A stretch of 10,016 nucleotides of DNA, from the NCBI GenBank assembly GCA_038893355.1, contig JAWARQ010000014.1:1-10016 (forward strand), in the 5' to 3' direction. Positions 1 to 7,415 of this stretch are shown one piece after another; position 1 is the stretch's first letter; each line of letters starts with the position of its first letter. This DNA is from Sulfolobaceae archaeon. GTDB taxonomy: Archaea; Thermoproteota; Thermoprotei_A; Sulfolobales; Sulfolobaceae. Under the pieces are notes generated by a model, which saw nothing but the letters and a program-made list of their open reading frames with translations, did no database searches and was not told the origin of the DNA. The translations under genes and the position numbers were made by a program.

Positions 1-129
<129 letters not shown>

Positions 130-147
130 TTACTCATTGTCTACAGA

Positions 148-162
148 AATATAAATTTTTTT
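148..162 (-). promoter_or_regulatory. BRE/TATA promoter of mcr (leaderless)
   Basis: Minus strand AAAAAAA-TTTATATT; the TATA octamer (155-148) is followed by 21 nt and then the ATG at 126. Confidence 0.7.
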
Positions 163-171
163 AACAATAAG

Positions 172-185
172 ATATTATAATAGTT
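172..185. promoter_or_regulatory. Candidate transcription-factor site ATATTATAATAGTT (copy 1)
   Basis: Identical 14-mer also at 4333-4346; core TATTATAATA is a perfect palindrome; lies upstream of the mcr TATA box. Confidence 0.5.
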
Positions 186-233
186 CAAGCATGTTCAATC
201 ATGAAAAATAAATATAGTATAAATTGTTTAAAC

Positions 234-1685
234 TTACTTCTCACTTATTAAATTCTTCGCTAGCTCTTCAGCTCTGGAGAAATCATATTCCCTATATAAT
301 GCTATTTTTGAAGCTGCCATTGAACCTTCAGCGTGAATCATCCACCCTAACATGTAACCTGTAAAAGGTCCTCCAGCTAATTCTCTAGCTAGTCTTAATA
401 CTTTGAATCTTTCTTCTCCACTATAATTTGGATTTGCCTTAAGATATTTCTCGATAAACGCTCTTTCCTCCGGATTTTTGAAGTCTTCAGTACTAGGCAA
501 TGTGGAGATTATTCCTCCAGTAATATCTACTAGACCTCTCAAGACATTAACGAAGTTTGTATTAGAATATAATTTACCAATATTAGTATATATTGGATTT
601 GGTATAGCAATTCCTGTACTTTGATCTATTAATGCTTCTAATGCGGCTAATCTTGCCCCCATATACATTATTTCCCTATACAATACTATATCCAATATCT
701 CATCTCTAACATGTGACACATTATCTAAACCGTTGACTTTAGCTACTAGCCTTGCAGTTCCTAGATATAGATCTGCTTCGATTATTCTATAAGAAATTGC
801 AGTAAATCTATGATATAATGCGAAAAGATTAGCTAATTCCCCAGCATATTTCCACTCTTTAAACATGAATACTCTTTCCCAGGGTATAAAAACATCATCT
901 AAAATTGTCATTGTTTCTGCTTCTGCATGCCGTGAACTCAATGGTGCATCTTCTCTTGATGGTAAGCCTTCTATTTCTATCATAGGTCTTACAATAAGTT
1001 TTAAACCTTTAGTATTAGTTGGTATTGCAAATGCTACTGCATAATCCTTATCATCCTCAACCATGGTTCTATATGGTAAGAAGATAATTTCGTTCGATGC
1101 GATACTCTGTGTTGTATGAACTTTTGCACCTCTTACAATTATTCCATCATCTCTTACATCTACTATCCTAACATATAGGTCTTTATCGATTTGCTCATGT
1201 GGCCTTTTGGTTCTATCACCCTTTACATCTGTTTGTGCTACGGCTAATGCTAAATCATTTTTTGCAACGTACTCATAATATCTTTTTACTCTTTCAGTAT
1301 AACCCTTATTATTTTCTGCATCCATCTTTTTAGCTACTATAAATAAGGCATGTAATGCATCACTTCCAATAGCCTGTACTATATTAAATAGACCACCACT
1401 AAGCCTTGTAGTCTCTTGAATTATTTTAGATCTATACCATAAATCTTCTGGGGATTTGCATATTTTGTAAAAGCCACTTATTTCACCTAGAGTAGGATCA
1501 TTTATTACTAGTAGCTTTCTTAACTCTTCATTTACATCCCTTAATTCGTAAAATCTTTTAGCGTGGGTAATAGGTATTGATAGTACGGGATGTGTTGTAA
1601 CATCTTCTACCCTCTTTCCCCTATAATAGATTTCTCTACCATCCCTTAAACTATTAAGGTATTCTTTTGAATTTTTTAAAGTCAT
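234..1685 (-). CDS. 4-hydroxybutyryl-CoA dehydratase / 4-hydroxyphenylacetate 3-hydroxylase (AbfD/HpaB) family flavoprotein lacking Fe-S ligands ('type-2' crenarchaeal homolog)
   Basis: Family motifs YLNSLRDGREIYYRG, QTDVKGDR, DGIIVRGAKVHTT, E257-TMTILDDVFIPWERVF, YHR (H292). The CxxxC position reads NIVQA (101-105), HxxxxxxC reads HRFTAISY, and the whole protein has only one Cys (C76). Confidence 0.9.
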   Translation of the reverse strand: MTLKNSKEYLNSLRDGREIYYRGKRVEDVTTHPVLSIPITHAKRFYELRDVNEELRKLLVINDPTLGEISGFYKICKSPEDLWYRSKIIQETTRLSGGLFNIVQAIGSDALHALFIVAKKMDAENNKGYTERVKRYYEYVAKNDLALAVAQTDVKGDRTKRPHEQIDKDLYVRIVDVRDDGIIVRGAKVHTTQSIASNEIIFLPYRTMVEDDKDYAVAFAIPTNTKGLKLIVRPMIEIEGLPSREDAPLSSRHAEAETMTILDDVFIPWERVFMFKEWKYAGELANLFALYHRFTAISYRIIEADLYLGTARLVAKVNGLDNVSHVRDEILDIVLYREIMYMGARLAALEALIDQSTGIAIPNPIYTNIGKLYSNTNFVNVLRGLVDITGGIISTLPSTEDFKNPEERAFIEKYLKANPNYSGEERFKVLRLARELAGGPFTGYMLGWMIHAEGSMAASKIALYREYDFSRAEELAKNLISEK

Positions 1686-1706
1686 GAATTGGATTATCTA
1701 ATACTA

Positions 1707-1724
1707 CTTAAAAAATTTATATTA
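1707..1724 (-). promoter_or_regulatory. BRE/TATA promoter of the AbfD-like gene
   Basis: Minus strand TAATATAAATTTTTTAAG, then 21 nt, then ATG at 1685. Confidence 0.7.
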
Positions 1725-1731
1725 ATCTCGT

Positions 1732-3159
1732 TTACGACTTCTTTCTTTGATCTACGAAAACTTGTAACTTATATCCAGTCCATATAGCCTCCCCTGGCCT
1801 TAACCACTCTATTTCAATATCATCAGCATTTATCCCTATTCTTGAAGCTAGTATTTCTTTAGCTAATCTTTCATAGTTTTTATCAATATTTTCCTTCCTT
1901 TTACTTTCAATTCTTATTTTAAGCTTATCCATTTCATCTTTATATACAATTATATTAAACATTCCAGTAGTGTCAGGGATTTCATTAATTGCATCTTCTA
2001 TATATACTGGTAACAATATTTTTCCCTTAACTTTAAACAACCATTCTACCCTACCAGGAATGGGTTCTGCAAATCGCATATGTGTTATCCCGAAAACTGG
2101 ATCTGGATCTTTTATAAATTCATTCTTAACATAATCTCCTAAGCTATATCTTATTAACGGCATTGTGAAATGATTAAGTAAGGTAGCTATTAACTCTCCT
2201 CTTTCACCTTCACCTACTGGTTCATCAGTTTTTGGATCCACAACATCAAATATTTCCATATCTTCCCATATTACGAGCTGATTATCAGAGCCAGGAACTT
2301 CAATTGCCATATGTCCATCAGTAGTGCCCCATACATTAATTGCTAGTTTAGCATTAGGATGAACTTTAAATAACTTATGCTTCGTATTTTCAGCTGATGC
2401 ACCACCGTGAAGTAACAATACCTTAAAGGGGGTCTCCCAACCTTGCTCAATAGCTTCCTCTCCTATTAACCTATGTAACCATGGTGTAGTTGCAAAGACA
2501 TCAATTTTCCATAATTTAAATAGTAGCATATGTCTATTCTTCCAACTAAAGAATGTCTCCCCACCTCCTGCAATTGCTGTGGCACCACACCTCCACATTG
2601 CAGTTTCTATTAACGGAGGGCCCCAACTATAAAATCCACTCATATTTAAATAATTTGCATAAACTATTGTAGGTCTTAATCCTGCAAATGTCCATAAATA
2701 TCTAGCCTGACCCTCTTCAAAATAGTCTAACTCTAATTTTCCCCACCCTTGGAATGTTGGCATTCCAGTAGATCCAGAAGTTGCTCCAACAAATCTAATT
2801 CTCTTCGCGAGTTCTGGATGCATGATACTTCCAAATGGAGGGTTTGACTGTATATCTGCCCTTAATTTATCTTTTCTTAATATGGGAATCTTTACAATAT
2901 CATTAACATCCCTTAATTTATCTGGTTCAAATCCATTTTCTTTCCAAAATTTTCTATAAAATGGAATATTTTCCCAAGCCCACTTAACTATCCTTTTTAG
3001 CCTGAATAATTTTATCCTCTCTAGCTCCTCTCTCTTCATTTTCATTATTTTTTCATTCCACAATCTTTCTGAAGGATCTGGTGGATACTCATTTCTTATG
3101 TAACCTTCTTCTCTTAATTCTTTATGAATTGCCTCATATTCTTCTAAAGCACTAATCAT
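1732..3159 (-). CDS. Phenylacetate-CoA ligase (PaaK)-family AMP-forming acyl-CoA ligase; candidate 4-hydroxybutyrate-CoA ligase
   Basis: Motifs [23 protein letters not shown] (P-loop), [25 protein letters not shown]-terminal K...VDQRK. Start moved from the track's TTG at 3204 to ATG at 3159 (475 aa) because TTTTTAAA sits 21 nt upstream of that ATG. Substrate is inferred from context only. Confidence 0.85.
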   Translation of the reverse strand: MISALEEYEAIHKELREEGYIRNEYPPDPSERLWNEKIMKMKREELERIKLFRLKRIVKWAWENIPFYRKFWKENGFEPDKLRDVNDIVKIPILRKDKLRADIQSNPPFGSIMHPELAKRIRFVGATSGSTGMPTFQGWGKLELDYFEEGQARYLWTFAGLRPTIVYANYLNMSGFYSWGPPLIETAMWRCGATAIAGGGETFFSWKNRHMLLFKLWKIDVFATTPWLHRLIGEEAIEQGWETPFKVLLLHGGASAENTKHKLFKVHPNAKLAINVWGTTDGHMAIEVPGSDNQLVIWEDMEIFDVVDPKTDEPVGEGERGELIATLLNHFTMPLIRYSLGDYVKNEFIKDPDPVFGITHMRFAEPIPGRVEWLFKVKGKILLPVYIEDAINEIPDTTGMFNIIVYKDEMDKLKIRIESKRKENIDKNYERLAKEILASRIGINADDIEIEWLRPGEAIWTGYKLQVFVDQRKKS

Positions 3160-3180
3160 AGATATAAGTTGTATAAGCAT

Positions 3181-3200
3181 TTTAAAAATATAACTGATTT
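3181..3200 (-). promoter_or_regulatory. Promoter of the ligase gene
   Basis: Minus strand AAATCAG-TTATA-TTTTTAAA (TATA 3188-3181), then 21 nt, then ATG at 3159. Confidence 0.7.
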
Positions 3201-3204
3201 TCAA

Positions 3205-4299
3205 TTACTTTGGAATTATTAAACTTCTGATAACCTCACCTTCTTCAAGTAATTTAACTGCGTCATTTATTTCTTCTAATTTAAACTTACCAGTAATTTG
3301 CTTAGATGGGTTAAACTTACCAGTTCTCACTAATTCTACTAATTTTACCATATCTATTCTAGGTCTTCCCCCATAGCTACCTATTATAGATATTCCATTT
3401 CTCACTATTGTTGAAATCCTTAAGGGAACAGTTAAATATGTTGGTGGTAGTCCTATTAAAATTATTTTACCACCAAGTCTTACCATTTCTATCGCATTCA
3501 TAATTGCATCTTGATTCCCTGATGCCTCTATAACTACATCAGCACCTCTAGATAATATCCTTCTTACCTCCTTTACTGGATCTTGTTGTTTAACATTTAT
3601 GACATCAGTGGCACCAAGTTCTAAAGCCTTATCTAACTTCCACTTTTTAGTACCTAGAGCTATTATCCTACCCGCACCTATAACCCTTAAAAGCTGAATT
3701 ATTGATAATCCTACACCTCCTACACCTATCACCACTACTGTATCGCCAGGCTTAATATTTGCGGAGTTTATTGCACCGTATGCAGTAATTCCAGCGCAAC
3801 CTAATATTGCTAGATCTTCTAATTCTTCATTAGAGGAAAAGTTAACATTAACTAATGCATTTTCATGAACTATTGCATATTCCGCAAATCCCCCACCTAA
3901 AAATGCTCTAACTGGTCTACCATCTTTTAATCTTATTCTTGTAGTACCATCAAACATTGTACCTTTAAGTCTTACTGCTGAAAAGACTTCGCATAAATTT
4001 TCATTACCAGATATACAATTTAAGCACTTACCACATGGGTGAATAAAAGTTGAAATAACTTTATCCCCCTCCTTCACTCTAGTTACATTATTGCCGATTT
4101 TCCTAACTATTCCAGCGATTTCATGGCCCGCTATTACTGGAGTAGGTACTGGTGTAAATCCAAAAAATACATTCAGATCAGAATGACATAACCCAGTAGC
4201 TCTCACTTCTAATAGAACCTCATTTTCTTTAGGCTCCTCTATCTCAACATCTTCTATCCTTAAAGGTTCTTTATAGTTGAATAATACTGCAGCCTTCAT
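3205..4299 (-). CDS. Zn-dependent alcohol dehydrogenase (MDR family), succinic semialdehyde reductase (NADPH)-like
   Basis: Catalytic Zn motifs GLCHSD, GHE, LGCAG; structural Zn CGKCLNC-x7-C; GVGGVG nucleotide fold followed by GTKKWK (no acidic residue, consistent with NADP). Closely resembles my recollection of the Metallosphaera succinic semialdehyde reductase throughout (e.g. [33 protein letters not shown]). Confidence 0.88.
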   Translation of the reverse strand: MKAAVLFNYKEPLRIEDVEIEEPKENEVLLEVRATGLCHSDLNVFFGFTPVPTPVIAGHEIAGIVRKIGNNVTRVKEGDKVISTFIHPCGKCLNCISGNENLCEVFSAVRLKGTMFDGTTRIRLKDGRPVRAFLGGGFAEYAIVHENALVNVNFSSNEELEDLAILGCAGITAYGAINSANIKPGDTVVVIGVGGVGLSIIQLLRVIGAGRIIALGTKKWKLDKALELGATDVINVKQQDPVKEVRRILSRGADVVIEASGNQDAIMNAIEMVRLGGKIILIGLPPTYLTVPLRISTIVRNGISIIGSYGGRPRIDMVKLVELVRTGKFNPSKQITGKFKLEEINDAVKLLEEGEVIRSLIIPK

Positions 4300-4320
4300 A
4301 GTTTCATTATCTTTAAACTT

Positions 4321-4338
4321 CTTAAAAAGCTTATATTA
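4321..4338 (-). promoter_or_regulatory. BRE/TATA promoter of the Zn-ADH gene
   Basis: Minus strand TAATATAAGCTTTTTAAG, then 21 nt, then ATG at 4299. Confidence 0.7.
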
Positions 4339-4346
4339 TAATAGTT
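4333..4346. promoter_or_regulatory. Candidate transcription-factor site ATATTATAATAGTT (copy 2)
   Basis: Identical to 172-185; lies between the divergent ADH and FNR promoters. Confidence 0.5.
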
Positions 4347-4368
4347 ATATCTTAATAGATCACATTAT

Positions 4369-4388
4369 AAATCAGAAAAATTTAAATA
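4369..4388 (+). promoter_or_regulatory. BRE/TATA promoter of the FNR gene
   Basis: AAATCAG-AAAAA-TTTAAATA (TATA 4381-4388), then 21 nt, then ATG at 4410. Confidence 0.7.
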
Positions 4389-4409
4389 GAATAAATCAGA
4401 TTATAGAAT

Positions 4410-5432
4410 ATGAATGAATATGATATAACGATAATAGGAGGAGGACCCACTGGCTTATTTGCTACTTTTTATGCAGGATTAAGGGATATGAAGACACTCC
4501 TTATTGATGGTCAAGAAGAATTAGGAGGGCAATTAGTTTCAATATATCCAGAAAAATATATTTACGATGTTGGCGGATTTCCTAAAGTTCTGGCTTATGA
4601 ATTAGCTCAAAACTTGATAGAGCAAGCAAAAACATTTTCACCAGAAATAAGAGTAAAGGAGTGGGTTGAACAAATTTCAAAATCAGAGGATAGTTTATGG
4701 TTAATTACTACAGATAAGGGTAATATATATAAATCAAGAACAATACTTATTGCGACAGGAATAGGAAAAATTGTACCTAATAGGCTTGGCGTTAAAGGGG
4801 AAATAGAATATGAAGGGAGGGGTGTATATTATAGTGTGAAAAGAAAGAAGGATTTTGAAGGAAAGGATGTCCTGATAGTAGGTGGTGGTGATTCTGCAGT
4901 AGATTGGGCTTTAAATTTATCCACAATTGCAAATTCCGTGACATTAATACATAGAAGGGATAAATTTAGAGCACATGAAAGGAGTGTTACAGAATTATTT
5001 AAGGTCGCTAAGGTCTATCTATGGCATGAATTAAAGGAAATTATAGGAGATGGAAAGTCGGTAAAAAAAGCTATAATCTTTGATAATAGAACAAAGGAGG
5101 AAAAGGTTTTAGATGTAGATGCAGTTATAATAAGTATAGGTCATAAGGGCGATCTAGGAAATTTACCAAAATGGGGAGTTAATATGAAGGGTAGAGAGGT
5201 AATAGTTAACAGTAAAATGGAAACAAATCTTCCAGGGGTATATGCTGCGGGAGATATAGCTTATCAAGAAGGTCTACCGAAAATGAGCTTAATAGCTATC
5301 GGCTTTTCTCAGGCTGCAGTTGCCATAAGTATGGCTAAGAAGTATATAAATCCAGATTCATCAGCCTTTGCGGGTCATAGTTCAGAAATAATGAAGACTA
5401 AGATTAATAATAGTAATTTAAAATTTGAATAA
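4410..5432 (+). CDS. Ferredoxin-NADP(+) reductase, thioredoxin-reductase fold (YumC type)
   Basis: FAD motif [27 protein letters not shown] motifs GGGDSA and [17 protein letters not shown]-terminal GHSS. The redox CxxC of true TrxB is absent (region reads GRGVYYSVK). Confidence 0.88.
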   Translation: MNEYDITIIGGGPTGLFATFYAGLRDMKTLLIDGQEELGGQLVSIYPEKYIYDVGGFPKVLAYELAQNLIEQAKTFSPEIRVKEWVEQISKSEDSLWLITTDKGNIYKSRTILIATGIGKIVPNRLGVKGEIEYEGRGVYYSVKRKKDFEGKDVLIVGGGDSAVDWALNLSTIANSVTLIHRRDKFRAHERSVTELFKVAKVYLWHELKEIIGDGKSVKKAIIFDNRTKEEKVLDVDAVIISIGHKGDLGNLPKWGVNMKGREVIVNSKMETNLPGVYAAGDIAYQEGLPKMSLIAIGFSQAAVAISMAKKYINPDSSAFAGHSSEIMKTKINNSNLKFE

Positions 5433-5492
5433 AGTGTTTAAAGAGTTACTACGAAAATTTAAAATAAACATGAAAAGAGAATCATATACAGA

Positions 5493-5500
5493 TTTTTAAA
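5493..5500 (+). promoter_or_regulatory. TATA box of the CBS gene
   Basis: TTTTTAAA, then 21 nt, then ATG at 5522. Confidence 0.65.
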
Positions 5501-5521
5501 AACTTTAAATGATATAATCAT

Positions 5522-6010
5522 ATGAGTCTAAAGGTTTATACGTTTGCACGTAAGCCGGTAATTGTAATTAGGGAAAATGAAAAGATAGTTACTGCTGCAA
5601 GGGAAATGAAAAACCATAATATAGGTTCTTTGTTAGTTTTAGATTCACAAGATAAAATTGTCGGAATTATAACTGAAAGGGACATCGTAAGAGCTTTTGC
5701 AGATGAGAGAATAAATGCAGAGGTCAAAGAATACATGACGAGAGATGTTAAAGGTATAAGAATGAATGCAAGTATTTACTCTGCATTAAAGGTAATGATT
5801 GAGAATGGATTTAGGCACTTGCCAGTGTTATCTGATGATAATAAAAAGATTTATGGAATAGTATCAATAAGAGATCTAGTTAGGGGCTTAATTGATTTAG
5901 ATAATGTCTCAGAAAAAGAGGAAGAAGGATTAGAAAGTCAAGTATGCCCAGTATGTGGATTAGAAATTGATGAGTATGGATATTGTGGATGTGGTGCTGG
6001 CTCAGATTAG
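5522..6010 (+). CDS. Tandem CBS-domain protein with C-terminal Cys-rich tail
   Basis: Two CBS repeats (IGSLLV...VGIITERDIV; FRHLPV...GIVSIRDLV), an acidic linker, then CPVC-x9-CGC. Confidence 0.9.
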   Translation: MSLKVYTFARKPVIVIRENEKIVTAAREMKNHNIGSLLVLDSQDKIVGIITERDIVRAFADERINAEVKEYMTRDVKGIRMNASIYSALKVMIENGFRHLPVLSDDNKKIYGIVSIRDLVRGLIDLDNVSEKEEEGLESQVCPVCGLEIDEYGYCGCGAGSD

Positions 6011-6137
6011 AAATTTTAAGCCTAAATTAGGGAAAGTAAGCTTACCCACTGATCCTTGTTTCCTTTTAATAACTTTTGCAGTTTGATTACCTATCGTAGA
6101 GAATAAATTTAATTAAGTTTATCCCCAATTCTTGTTT

Positions 6138-7160
6138 ATGACAAAAGTTAAGCCTATGATTTTTGGAAATTTTTTAAGGTTAATTAAAGGAAGAGCAATT
6201 AAAAAACTCCCCTTAATAGCAGGACACAAATTACTTTATTCTTGTAACTTAAGGTGTAGAATGTGTCCATTTTGGAGAAGAAAAGATGAAAGAATTTTGA
6301 CATTAGAGGAAGAGATAAAAATGATGAATAAATTACAAGAAGCTGGAGTACTCTTTATGGGTTTTGAAGGAGGAGAACCGTTATTAAGAAGTGATTTACC
6401 ACAAATCCTTGAAGAATCAAATAAAAGATTTTACACATCAATAGTTACGAACGGATGGTTATTAAAAGATAAGATAAGTAAAATTAGTGAATATTTAGAC
6501 CATATTTTCGTTTCCATTGATGGTATTGGAGAGACCCATGATAAATTAAGGGGTGTTCAAGGTTCTTTTGACAGAGCTATAGAAGGCATTAAGGAAAGTA
6601 TTAAGAGGGGAATACCAACATCAATTAGCTTTACACTAACTAATGAAAATACAGACGAAGTATTTCAGGTTGTTGATTTAGCTGAAAAATTAGGAATAAC
6701 TATCAGTATTCAAATAGCATATGATTACTCAACCGCAGAAAAAATGTCCCCTAATAAAGAAAAGCTAAAAAGAGTTTTAGAAGGATTATTAGAATTAAAG
6801 AGAAAAGGCAAGCCAATAATAGAAAGTGACTATTACTTTAAGGCTATTATCAATAGTTGGTTTTATAATATTCCTTGGATCTGTAAACCTTGGTTAACGA
6901 TTAATATTGACCCTGAAGGAAGAATAATCCTACCTTGTTATGTATGGAATGAGTATAATGGTAAAGAAAAAATTTGGGAAGTTGATATAATAAAATTATG
7001 GAACGAGTACGATTGGAATAGATATTCTTACTGTAATAGATGTGCTCTAGCATGTTATCTTGAACCTTCTCTCTTTACCTGGAAAAATTTAAGAATTGTT
7101 AAAGAAAAGATTATAAATCCTATGTTTAGTATAATTTATTCATATATGTTAAAATTTTAA
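6138..7160 (+). CDS. Radical SAM protein with C-terminal SPASM/twitch-like Cys cluster; probably the archaeal PTO1314 family, function unknown
   Basis: CNLRCRMC (CxxxCxxC), GGEP, VTNG, VSIDG..HDKLRG; C-terminal CKPW...PC...CNRCALAC; about 340 aa. Start moved from TTG 6132 to ATG 6138, which has an AT-rich TATA-like element (6108-6116) at leaderless spacing. The subfamily name is from recollection. Confidence 0.85.
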   Translation: MTKVKPMIFGNFLRLIKGRAIKKLPLIAGHKLLYSCNLRCRMCPFWRRKDERILTLEEEIKMMNKLQEAGVLFMGFEGGEPLLRSDLPQILEESNKRFYTSIVTNGWLLKDKISKISEYLDHIFVSIDGIGETHDKLRGVQGSFDRAIEGIKESIKRGIPTSISFTLTNENTDEVFQVVDLAEKLGITISIQIAYDYSTAEKMSPNKEKLKRVLEGLLELKRKGKPIIESDYYFKAIINSWFYNIPWICKPWLTINIDPEGRIILPCYVWNEYNGKEKIWEVDIIKLWNEYDWNRYSYCNRCALACYLEPSLFTWKNLRIVKEKIINPMFSIIYSYMLKF

Positions 7161-7415
7161 AATAGAAATTTAGTAAAATATTTAATTAATTTTATTGAAA
7201 AGAAAGGAATAAAATAGTATTTATACAAAATTTGAAGAGATAATCTAAGAATTTCGAATGAGCCATGGTAAAGGCTAAGATTTCTAAGCTTTTTCCTGCT
7301 TCATCGTATCTAAATAGAGAGATAGATAATCCTTGTATTTTAAAAAGTAGGTACTTTCACTGGTACTCTATTCGTTAAATGCATAAGTTACCGCGACTTC
7401 TCTACTTCACCACAT

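Noticed and set aside
234-1685. 4-hydroxyphenylacetate 3-hydroxylase / phenylacetate catabolism interpretation with the PaaK-like neighbour
   Set aside because: Motifs (QTDVKGDR, YHR, HxxGS) are closer to AbfD, no flavin reductase or ring-cleavage genes are in the window, and the flanking genes are HP/HB-type reductases. Disfavoured rather than excluded.
3160-3204. TTG start and 15-aa N-terminal extension of the ligase abutting the ADH stop
   Set aside because: This segment contains the TATA box at canonical spacing to ATG 3159, so it is better read as promoter.
4410-5432. Thioredoxin reductase (trxB) call
   Set aside because: No CxxC redox centre; motifs match FNR-type proteins.
5536-5736. 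66-aa minus-strand ORF
   Set aside because: Fully antisense to the well-supported CBS gene; no recognisable motif.
6011-6060. Short palindromes (CCTAAATTAGG, GTAAGCTTAC) after the CBS gene
   Set aside because: Too short to distinguish from chance and not repeated elsewhere that I noticed.
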